From contig JAGATD010000033.1 in the NCBI GenBank assembly GCA_017621415.1, positions 5,852 through 69,851 of the forward strand: 64,000 bases of DNA. The letters run 5' to 3'. Source of the stretch: Clostridia bacterium. GTDB taxonomy: Bacteria > Bacillota > Clostridia > Oscillospirales > CAG-272. Of this stretch, positions 26,340 to 34,667 are shown one piece after another; the first letter of the stretch is position 1, and every line of letters begins with the position of its first letter. A model generated the notes under the pieces. The model made no database searches and had not been told where the DNA came from. It was given only the letters and a program-made list of their open reading frames with translations. A program made the position numbers and the translations under genes.

Positions 26340-29300
26340 TCAGCTGTCAATTGTGGATATTGTAATTGTGATGTCCTCAAGAACGTCAAGGAGAACTCTT
26401 ACGGTATCGAGAGACGTGAACATAGTTACGTTGTTCTCGGTAGCGTATTTTCTTATTTCAAAGCCGTCGCGGATAACACCGGACGACGAGGGGTCGGAGG
26501 TGTTAATAACATAAGCTATGTGTCCCTGACGGATAGAGTCGGCAATTTCCTCAGAGCCGTCTGAAATTTTCTTAAGCACGTGAGTGCGTATGCCGTTTTC
26601 TTTAAGGTAGCTTGCGGTTCCGCCTGTCGCCTCAATGTTGAAGCCAAGGTTGTAGAAGCGGCGGATAAGAGGAAGAGCTTCCTCCTTGTCGCAGTCTGCA
26701 ATTGTTGCAAAGACTGTGCCGTAATTCTGAAGATGCATGCCCGATGCCTGAAGAGCCTTGTAGAATGCTCTGTAAAGGTCATCATCATAGCCGATAGCCT
26801 CACCTGTGGACTTCATCTCAGGGGAGAGATATGCGTCAAGTCCGCGAAGCTTGTTGAATGAGAACACAGGAACCTTAACATACCATCTTTTCTTTTCCTC
26901 AGGGTAGAGTGAGAAGATTCCCTGCTCCTTAAGGCTCTTGCCAAGGATACACTCGGTTGCAATATCCGCAAGAGAGTATCCGGTGGACTTTGAAAGGAAG
27001 GGAACGGTACGAGAGGAACGGGGATTAACCTCGATAATGAACACCTCGTCATTATTGTCAACAATAAACTGAATGTTATAGAGACCTACAATGCCAATGC
27101 CGAGACCAAGCTTCTTTGCATACTGAAGAATTGTACCCTTAACCTTGTCGGATATAGAGAATGTGGGATACACACTGATTGAGTCGCCCGAGTGAATACC
27201 TGTTCTCTCTACAAGCTCCATAATACCGGGAACAAATACGTCGTGTCCGTCGCAGATTGCGTCAACCTCAACCTCCTTACCGCTGATGTACTTGTCAACA
27301 AGAACAGGCTTGTCCTCGTCTATCTCAACAGCGGTCTTAAGGTAGTGGCGAAGCTGCTTTTCATTTGCAACTATCTGCATTGCGCGTCCGCCAAGAACGA
27401 ACGAGGGACGAACAAGCACAGGGTAGCCGACAGCCTTTGCCGCAGCAACACCGTCTTCAATCTTTGTAACAGCACGGCCGGCCGGCTGGGGTATATTAAG
27501 GTCTTTAAGAAGCTTTTCAAACGCGTCTCTGTTTTCTGCTCTGTCGATAGCAGCGCAGTCTGTACCTATAATCTTAACACCAAGGTCATGAAGAGGCTGA
27601 GCAAGGTTAATTGCGGTCTGTCCGCCAAGAGACGCGATAACGCCCTCGGGCTTCTCAAACTCAATAATGTTCATAACATCCTCGGGTGTGAGGGGCTCAA
27701 AGTAGAGCTTATCCGCTGTCGTATAGTCTGTAGAAACGGTTTCGGGGTTGTTGTTTATGATTATTGCCTCATAGCCCGAGTTCTTTATTGTTGTAACCGC
27801 ATGAACGGTGGAGTAGTCAAACTCGACACCCTGACCGATACGGATAGGACCTGCTCCAAGAACGACAATCTTCTTCTTGTCTGTAAGAATAGAAGTATTC
27901 TCGCCGGTATAAGAAGAGTAGAAGTAGGGGATATAAGCTCCTGTGTGGCAGGTGTCGACCATACGGAACGCAGGGAAGAGGTTGTTTTCCTTTCTGAATT
28001 TAAACACATCAAGCTCAGAGCATTTCCAAAGTCTTGCAATATACTTGTCAGAGAAGCCCATTTTCTTTGCTGCCTTGAGGGTGTCAAGGTCAAAGATGTT
28101 ATTTTCAAGCACCTTTTCCATGTTGATAATGTTCTTTATGGCATCAAGGAAGAAGGAGGTAATTTTTGTTATTTCGTGAACCTCTTCAACAGTAGTACCT
28201 CTGTAAAGAAGCTCTGCGATAGCAAAGATATTGTCATCACGGAACTCGGAGATGTATTCCTTAAGCTCCGCATCTGTCATATTATCAAACTTGTGATGAT
28301 AGATGTGAGTTACACCTATTTCAAGCGAGCGCACACCCTTAAGAAGACATTCCTCAAGGTTCGAGCCAATGCCCATGACCTCGCCTGTGGCTTTCATCTG
28401 TGTGCCGAGAGTGTTGGAGGCTGCAGTGAACTTATCAAAGGGGAATCTGGGAAGCTTGGCTATAACGTAGTCGAGCTGAGGCTCAAATGCAGCATTTGTG
28501 TTCGCAATCTTTATGTCCTCAAGAGCCATACCTACTGCAATCTTTGCGGTAACTCTGGCAATAGGATATCCTGATGCCTTGGAGGCAAGAGCAGAAGAAC
28601 GGGAAACTCTGGGGTTAACCTCGATAAGGTAATATTCAGAAGAATTGGGGTTTAATGCAAACTGAACATTACATCCACCCTCTATTTTAAGCTCTCTGAT
28701 AATCTTTATTGCAGAATCATTGAGCATCTTTTTGTCGTGGTCTGAGAGGGTCATTATGGGAGCAACAACAAGCGAGTCACCAGTGTGAACACCAACGGGG
28801 TCGATGTTTTCCATACCGCAGATGGTTATTGCATGGTCATTTGAGTCACGCATAACCTCAAACTCAATCTCCTTATATCCCTTAACGCTCTTCTCAATAA
28901 GAACCTGGTGAACGGGAGAGAGCTTGAATGCATTAAGGCCTATCTCATAAAGCTCCTCTTCATTGTTTGCAAATCCACCGCCTGTACCGCCGAGGGTGAA
29001 AGCGGGGCGAAGAACAACAGGGTAGCCAATTCTCTCTGCAGCTGCCTTTGCCTCGTCGATAGAGTAGGTTATCTCAGAGGGAATTGTAGGTTCGCCTATA
29101 GACTGGCAAAGCTCCTTAAAGAGCTCGCGGTCCTCGGCTCTCTCAATGCTCTCGCTTGATGTACCGAGAAGCTCGGTGTGACACTCCTTAAGAACACCCT
29201 TTTTCTCAAGCTGCATAGCAAGGTTAAGTCCTGTCTGACCGCCAATGCCGGGCAGAATTGCATCAGGACGCTCGTATCTTAAAATCTTTGCGATATATTC

Positions 29301-29513
29301 AAGGGTCAAGGGCTCCATATATACCTTGTCCGCAATTGAAGTATCGGTCATTATTGTTGCGGGGTTTGAGTTAACAAGAATTACCTCATATCCCTCCTCC
29401 TTCAGCGCAAGGCAGGCCTGTGTACCTGCGTAATCGAACTCTGCAGCCTGACCGATTACAATAGGGCCAGAGCCGATTATCATGACTCTTTTGATGTCTG
29501 TTCTCTTTGCCAT
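26340..29513 (-). CDS. carB: carbamoyl-phosphate synthase large subunit
   Basis: 1057 aa with duplicated ATP-grasp halves (IIGSGPIVIGQAAEFDYAGTQA and VLGAGPIRIGQGVEFDYSTVHA) and a C-terminal MGS-like domain. Confidence 0.95.
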   Translation of the reverse strand: MAKRTDIKRVMIIGSGPIVIGQAAEFDYAGTQACLALKEEGYEVILVNSNPATIMTDTSIADKVYMEPLTLEYIAKILRYERPDAILPGIGGQTGLNLAMQLEKKGVLKECHTELLGTSSESIERAEDRELFKELCQSIGEPTIPSEITYSIDEAKAAAERIGYPVVLRPAFTLGGTGGGFANNEEELYEIGLNAFKLSPVHQVLIEKSVKGYKEIEFEVMRDSNDHAITICGMENIDPVGVHTGDSLVVAPIMTLSDHDKKMLNDSAIKIIRELKIEGGCNVQFALNPNSSEYYLIEVNPRVSRSSALASKASGYPIARVTAKIAVGMALEDIKIANTNAAFEPQLDYVIAKLPRFPFDKFTAASNTLGTQMKATGEVMGIGSNLEECLLKGVRSLEIGVTHIYHHKFDNMTDAELKEYISEFRDDNIFAIAELLYRGTTVEEVHEITKITSFFLDAIKNIINMEKVLENNIFDLDTLKAAKKMGFSDKYIARLWKCSELDVFKFRKENNLFPAFRMVDTCHTGAYIPYFYSSYTGENTSILTDKKKIVVLGAGPIRIGQGVEFDYSTVHAVTTIKNSGYEAIIINNNPETVSTDYTTADKLYFEPLTPEDVMNIIEFEKPEGVIASLGGQTAINLAQPLHDLGVKIIGTDCAAIDRAENRDAFEKLLKDLNIPQPAGRAVTKIEDGVAAAKAVGYPVLVRPSFVLGGRAMQIVANEKQLRHYLKTAVEIDEDKPVLVDKYISGKEVEVDAICDGHDVFVPGIMELVERTGIHSGDSISVYPTFSISDKVKGTILQYAKKLGLGIGIVGLYNIQFIVDNNDEVFIIEVNPRSSRTVPFLSKSTGYSLADIATECILGKSLKEQGIFSLYPEEKKRWYVKVPVFSFNKLRGLDAYLSPEMKSTGEAIGYDDDLYRAFYKALQASGMHLQNYGTVFATIADCDKEEALPLIRRFYNLGFNIEATGGTASYLKENGIRTHVLKKISDGSEEIADSIRQGHIAYVINTSDPSSSGVIRDGFEIRKYATENNVTMFTSLDTVRVLLDVLEDITITISTIDS

Positions 29514-29536
29514 TTTTTTATATCCTCCAAAAATTA

Positions 29537-30787
29537 TTAACCAATGTTAGTGTACACTGCCTCTCCGTTATAAACGGTGAGCAGGCACTTGCCGTATACT
29601 CTCTTACCTTTGAAAGGAGTAGCGCGACCCATAGAGAGGAACTCCTCGGGGTCAATTTCGTATTCCTTGCCAACCTCAAATACAGTAAATCCCGGGTCAG
29701 CGGTTATATTAAAGCGCTCTCTCGGATTATTTGAGAGCAGCTTGCAAAGCTCCTCGAGAGGTAGCATTCCTGTCTTAACAAGGTCGGTATAAAGGGTTGC
29801 AAAGGCGGTTTCAATTCCGACAACGCCCATAGCACTTTTTTCAAGACCCCGTGACTTTTCCTCAGCCGAGTGAGGCGCATGGTCGGTAGCGACCATATCT
29901 ATTGTGCCGTCGAGAATTCCCTCAAGAATCGCCTCTCTGTCCTCGGGGGAGCGGAGCGGAGGATTCATTTTGAACCTTCCGTCTTCTTGCAAGCAGGAGT
30001 CATCAAGCAGAATGTAGTGGGGGCCTGTTTCACAGGTGACGTTAACCCCTCTCGCCTTAGCCTCTCTGATAGCCTGTACACTTTCCTTAGTGGAAATATG
30101 GCAGACGTGATATGCGCAGCCGGTCTCTTCAGCCAGCTTAATATCTCTCACAATAGGACCCCATTCGCTTTCAGAGCAAATGCCTCTGTGTCCGTGAGCT
30201 TTAGCATATTCGCCGTCGTGAATGTACCCGCCATGGAGCAGGGAGTTGTCCTCGCAGTGGGCAACTATCATCTTGCCAAGAGCCTTTGATTTAAGCATAG
30301 CCTCCCGCATCATATTCTCGTCCTGCACACCCTTTCCGTCATCAGAAAAGGCTACAACATCAGGCGCTATGTCTTCCATGTCAGAAAACTCTCTGCCTAC
30401 CTGTTTTTTTGTTATTGTGCCGTAGGGGAGCACCGCGATTTTAGCATCTCTTTTGATTATTTCCAACTGCTTATCAAGATTTTCTCTTGAATCGGGGGTG
30501 GGGTCCAGGTTAGGCATTGAGCAAACTGCGGTGTATCCGCCTCTTGCAGATGCGGCAGTACCGGTTGCTATAGTCTCTTTATAAGAAAATCCCGGCTCTC
30601 TGAGATGTACGTGAACATCACAAAAACCGGGAAAAATAACAGTATTATCAAAAACAGAAGAACTGTCAAAAGAGAATAGGTCACCTACATAAGGGGTAAG
30701 GGACTTACCGTCAAAACACATATCAAGCTTTTTCATTACGCCGTTATCATAAACAAGAGCGCCACGGAACAAAGCCTTCATATCCAT
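29537..30787 (-). CDS. pyrC: dihydroorotase
   Basis: 416 aa: PGFCDVHVHLREPG and VATDHAPH. Confidence 0.9.
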   Translation of the reverse strand: MDMKALFRGALVYDNGVMKKLDMCFDGKSLTPYVGDLFSFDSSSVFDNTVIFPGFCDVHVHLREPGFSYKETIATGTAASARGGYTAVCSMPNLDPTPDSRENLDKQLEIIKRDAKIAVLPYGTITKKQVGREFSDMEDIAPDVVAFSDDGKGVQDENMMREAMLKSKALGKMIVAHCEDNSLLHGGYIHDGEYAKAHGHRGICSESEWGPIVRDIKLAEETGCAYHVCHISTKESVQAIREAKARGVNVTCETGPHYILLDDSCLQEDGRFKMNPPLRSPEDREAILEGILDGTIDMVATDHAPHSAEEKSRGLEKSAMGVVGIETAFATLYTDLVKTGMLPLEELCKLLSNNPRERFNITADPGFTVFEVGKEYEIDPEEFLSMGRATPFKGKRVYGKCLLTVYNGEAVYTNIG

Positions 30788-30833
30788 CCTCCTTATATTA
30801 TACTTAATATCTTATATCTTTACATTTCGTAAT

Positions 30834-30862
30834 ATTATAACATAATATAAATATAAAGTCAA
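30834..30862 (-). promoter_or_regulatory. sigma-A promoter of the pyr operon
   Basis: The minus strand reads TTGACT-17 nt-TATAAT (ttgactttatatttatattatgttataat). The leader to the pyrC ATG is about 40 nt. Confidence 0.55.
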
Positions 30863-30907
30863 GAGGGGAAAATATATTTTATGCAGTTTTAGAGTCGTTT
30901 TTCTCTT

Positions 30908-32278
30908 TTAACCTGTGATTATGTCGAGAACCTTTTGAGCATCTGTATTACCGTAAGGAGGGATGTAGAATTTTTCAAGACCAAGGGCGGAGTAAATGTT
31001 ATCAACCGCAAATACTGCAAGGTGAGTTGCGTTAATGTCACCCTCGTCAAGCCCTTTTATTCCCAAAGGCATACCCATATTCCAGCCGCCTGAGGCATCT
31101 TTGGGGTAAGAGAATGCGCCGTCAGCACGCTTGAACTGTGAAAGCTTGTCTGCGGTTGCGCCGATAAGAGCTTCGGCATTGTCAATAAGCTCTTCTCTTA
31201 TACATTCGGCAATTTTTTTACCCTCCTCACCGCCGATTTTGCACAGGTCGGAGAGGATAACGTTTGTTGCCACCCAGGGGTTGAATATATCGGTAATGCT
31301 TTGTACCTCCTCGTCTGAGGTTATTACCGAAATTGCTGTTCTGACAGTTTTTTCAGCCCTTGGTATCATAACATTTGCGGCAGAATAGAGCCTGCATATC
31401 TTCATTATTCCGCTGATGCTACCGTAGTCTATTTTTTCGTCCCAAATTCCGTTTTCAAGCTGATTTTCGGTAAGCCAGTCGGTAAGCAGACCGTATAGAG
31501 TGTAGTCTGCTCCCTCTTTTTTAAGAAGCTTATCACGGTATACCATTTCTGGCTGCTGAGTGATAAAGTGGCTGCCTGTGGAGTAGGAGTTGTTAGTAAG
31601 CTTAAGCGAGCTTAAATGCTCTAAGAAAGACTCTTTGTCCTTCATAAACGGTGCATAGAATGCTTGGCTTTTCTCAGCTTTTGACTCTTCTGCGTTGCTT
31701 GGAGCAGCGGGCTTTTTAACCCTCTCGCCGTTTGCCAATATTCCGTCACCGATAATGCCTGTTGGGGTGTCATAGGTTGGCAGAGCGCCAAGCGCGGTGA
31801 TGACCGCAACAGCTCGTGAAGAATCTCTTGAGCGTCTTTCAATTTTTTCTTCATTTCGTTTTCTGTCAAACTGAGGGTGATAGAAATATCCGTCTGTATC
31901 TTGAAGCCCCTTTAGAAAAGCTATGATTTTTACCTTTGTTTCTTCGGGTAAAAATTTGGAATACTTTTTCCCAAAGGTAAGTCCCAGCTTTGGCAGGGTG
32001 ATAAGGGTCTGCCAAGTGCTGTCAGCATCGGGCAAAAGACCAAAGGTCATGCCCTTGTAGATTAGTGAATCGTTATCACGCGCACTGTTTGAGAAATAAA
32101 ATCCGCCAATCTTCTTGTCATATAGCCTTGCAAACCACTCGGGAAGCTCCTTTGAATATATTCTTTCGTAATAGTCGGCAAGAGCCGAAGACAGCCTGAT
32201 ACCGCGCTCGCCGCCCACGTGGGCGGCGAGTTCTTTAAATTTTTCGGTATCGGCTAGGGAATACTTTTTGTTTTCCAT
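30908..32278 (-). CDS. cytoplasmic alpha/alpha-toroid-repeat protein, paralogue of the central domain of the 1397-aa lipoprotein; function unknown
   Basis: 456 aa with no signal peptide. It shares GGFYFSNSAR, LPDADSTWQ, FLKGLQDTDGYFYHPQF, RRSRDSSRAV, PTYDTPTG, NGIWDE and GDINAT with 34668..38861. Confidence 0.7.
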   Translation of the reverse strand: MENKKYSLADTEKFKELAAHVGGERGIRLSSALADYYERIYSKELPEWFARLYDKKIGGFYFSNSARDNDSLIYKGMTFGLLPDADSTWQTLITLPKLGLTFGKKYSKFLPEETKVKIIAFLKGLQDTDGYFYHPQFDRKRNEEKIERRSRDSSRAVAVITALGALPTYDTPTGIIGDGILANGERVKKPAAPSNAEESKAEKSQAFYAPFMKDKESFLEHLSSLKLTNNSYSTGSHFITQQPEMVYRDKLLKKEGADYTLYGLLTDWLTENQLENGIWDEKIDYGSISGIMKICRLYSAANVMIPRAEKTVRTAISVITSDEEVQSITDIFNPWVATNVILSDLCKIGGEEGKKIAECIREELIDNAEALIGATADKLSQFKRADGAFSYPKDASGGWNMGMPLGIKGLDEGDINATHLAVFAVDNIYSALGLEKFYIPPYGNTDAQKVLDIITG

Positions 32279-32301
32279 AGCGATAAAATATTAATTATTG
32301 A

Positions 32302-34437
32302 TTATTGTGCCTCAACAACTCCGAGATAAACGTTGTCGAAGGTGAGGGAGAGGTTGTTGGTGTAGCCTGCGCCTCTGCAGTAGAAGCCGAAGCCGTAGAA
32401 GTTGGTATCTGCTGAGTTATTTGTGAGAGTATAGTCTGCAGTCTTAACTCCGTCAACGTAAACCTCAAGATTGGTTTTTGTGCCAACGGTGTAAATAAAC
32501 GTTACATTCTTTGTTTCACCCTTAGCAAAATCAACTCCATAAAGTTCAAAGTTAGAATCTGCAAAGTTCGTGCCGTCACTGGGTGTTGTGTAATTTGCGT
32601 AGTTGTAGCTGAACATGTTTCCGTTCGTAAAATCTCCCTTGTTTGCGCTATAGAACCCAACAAATGCCGGAGAGAGATAGTTGCTGTTATCTGCAGCAGC
32701 GTATTTTGTTTGACCGCCATTATAGGTAATATCTGCTTCGAATACATACTTTGTGCCGTTTGCATAAGTCTTTGTGCTGTCATAATCTGCGTTCTTGAAT
32801 GCGAAAGCATACCAAGCGGGGTTGCCTGAAAGGGTAAGTTTGCCATCCGCTGCGGTGAAGTCACCGTATTTTCCGGTGTTTCTATCATGGTCGTCATCTT
32901 CTACAACAGCGCTTGTGTCTCCGTCGGTATCAAAGCTATACTTGGTTCCTGTGGTTGCGGTTTCGTAGTAGCTATCAATTTTTTCTTCAGGAATGGAGCC
33001 CTTAGGTCCAATGTAAACATTATCAAATTCAAGGTCGAGAGATGAGGTGTAGGAGGAATTACGTGTATAAACACCAAATCCGTAGAAGTTCTTGTCATCA
33101 GCGAAGGAGCTGCCGTATCCAAGTGCGATGTCGGTGCAATTTGCAAGATCCTGCTTCACTTCATTTACATAGAATGCAACATTTTCTTTTGCATAATTGT
33201 TTCTTGCAGTATAATCAGCACCCGTTGTTCCTGTGGAAAGGTTGCTGTTATCTCCAACGGTGTACTCTATCGCAATGTTGTACTTAACACCCTTTTCAAA
33301 TCTTGTATTAAACATTGTGATAGCCTGTGCGTTTTCATCGGTAAACTTCAAATAGGAATAAACCATCATATTATTGTTATGAACGGTTCCGTTAGAAAGA
33401 AGTCCAACAAATGCAGCATTAAGATCTGCGGTTTTGGGAGCGCCACCGAGGTAAGTGAAATCTGCCTCAAATACATACTTTGTACCCTCTTCAAAGTTTG
33501 CCTGCATATTATTTGCAATACCGTGAGCACCGTTGCCGCTAAATCCGAGCGCACCGTTTGCAATAGTGCCTCCCGTGATACCGGTTGTATCATTTGTATC
33601 GAATGCGTATCTTGTACCATCTGTCTCACTGTTGTAATATACACCTGCAACATAGTTGCTTGCAAAGAGGGGAGAGAAGATAGCGTTTGCAGAAACAGAA
33701 ATTGGAACTCCGTCTTCAATGGTTATATTTCCATCAATTGAGGAAGTCCACTTTCCTGCATAAGACTGACCCTCGGGAGCTGTGCCTGTGTACACAGGGA
33801 GAGTGATTTTGTCGGTTGCAGAGAAGATGCCTGCGCTATACTTACCGTCAATTGTTCCCTCGTAGCCGTCAGCAATTGCAACATAGGACATATCCGAGGG
33901 CTTAAGGTCGGTGTCACCGAGGAGACCCTTTATCTGGTCGCCGTAGCTGATAAGAGTTTCGCCAAAGGTTACGTATTCGTCAGCGAGAGCTTCGTCGTAC
34001 TGTACCTCGTATGCATACTCGGTAATGCTGTAACGAACAACATCACTATAAACATAGCCGTCGGCAGTAGAAAGTCTTGCAACTGCGTATATCTGCTTGT
34101 TCATGTATCTTGGAGCAATGCCCGGGGTAAGGAATACTGCAAGCTCTTCACCATAAATGGTGGATTTTTCCAGGTAGTCTACTATTGTGTAGTTTGCGGC
34201 TTCTGTCGCAGGGTCTTGGGGCTCACTTTCGTAAACGAGAAGGTCAACCGCATCATAGTCATCAGCCTTAACCGCGAAGGCGATAGAGATTGTTCCTCCG
34301 TAAGAGAGGTTCTTGTACTTGATTTCAACTGTGGGAGCTGTGTTTTCGGCAAGCGCGGTTACACAAACCATAGCGCAAATCAGCAATATCACAGCTAGAG
34401 CTGAAGTTAAAATCTTAACTAATTTTGTGTTTTTCAT
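32302..34437 (-). CDS. secreted protein with a tandem A-B beta-rich modules cassette; function unknown
   Basis: 711 aa. The signal peptide ends ...CVTALA/EN. Two C-terminal modules of about 200 aa are homologous to the last two modules of the 1397-aa protein (GTKYVFEADFTYLGGAPKTADLNAAFVGLLSN; NGTKYVFEADITYNGG...FYGFGFYCRGAGYTNNLSLTFDNVYLG). Confidence 0.75.
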   Translation of the reverse strand: MKNTKLVKILTSALAVILLICAMVCVTALAENTAPTVEIKYKNLSYGGTISIAFAVKADDYDAVDLLVYESEPQDPATEAANYTIVDYLEKSTIYGEELAVFLTPGIAPRYMNKQIYAVARLSTADGYVYSDVVRYSITEYAYEVQYDEALADEYVTFGETLISYGDQIKGLLGDTDLKPSDMSYVAIADGYEGTIDGKYSAGIFSATDKITLPVYTGTAPEGQSYAGKWTSSIDGNITIEDGVPISVSANAIFSPLFASNYVAGVYYNSETDGTRYAFDTNDTTGITGGTIANGALGFSGNGAHGIANNMQANFEEGTKYVFEADFTYLGGAPKTADLNAAFVGLLSNGTVHNNNMMVYSYLKFTDENAQAITMFNTRFEKGVKYNIAIEYTVGDNSNLSTGTTGADYTARNNYAKENVAFYVNEVKQDLANCTDIALGYGSSFADDKNFYGFGVYTRNSSYTSSLDLEFDNVYIGPKGSIPEEKIDSYYETATTGTKYSFDTDGDTSAVVEDDDHDRNTGKYGDFTAADGKLTLSGNPAWYAFAFKNADYDSTKTYANGTKYVFEADITYNGGQTKYAAADNSNYLSPAFVGFYSANKGDFTNGNMFSYNYANYTTPSDGTNFADSNFELYGVDFAKGETKNVTFIYTVGTKTNLEVYVDGVKTADYTLTNNSADTNFYGFGFYCRGAGYTNNLSLTFDNVYLGVVEAQ

Positions 34438-34484
34438 GTTAAAATCCTTTCATATGTAAGTTTTGGTTTACTTTTTCGCAAGTT

Positions 34485-34619
34485 TTACACCCAACCGCCG
34501 CCGGGTATTGTGGTTCCGCCGTCAAACTCCATATCGCCTGATGTAGTTATTACATCTTGCGAATCAAGAAAAACAAGCTGCAGCTCGGCGGGCTCGTACA
34601 GATGCTTGTCATTTCGCAT
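34485..34619 (-). CDS. 44-aa micro-ORF (below the ORF-track cut-off)
   Basis: ATG at 34619 follows the SD-like AAAGGAGAGG. The product is MRNDKHLYEPAELQLVFLDSQDVITTSGDMEFDGGTTIPGGGWV. It lies in the 230-nt gap between two co-directional genes. Confidence 0.45.
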   Translation of the reverse strand: MRNDKHLYEPAELQLVFLDSQDVITTSGDMEFDGGTTIPGGGWV

Positions 34620-34667
34620 ATAACCGCCTCTCCTTTCTTTTGTTTGTGAAATTTATGTTGCCTAAAT

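Noticed and set aside
27192-28574. 460-aa plus-strand ORF inside carB
   Set aside because: It is antisense to carB, one of the most conserved genes in the window. It has no RBS and no recognisable motifs.
30788-30833. PyrR-binding attenuator upstream of pyrC
   Set aside because: The leader is about 40 nt and has no terminator or antiterminator hairpins and no PyrR box.
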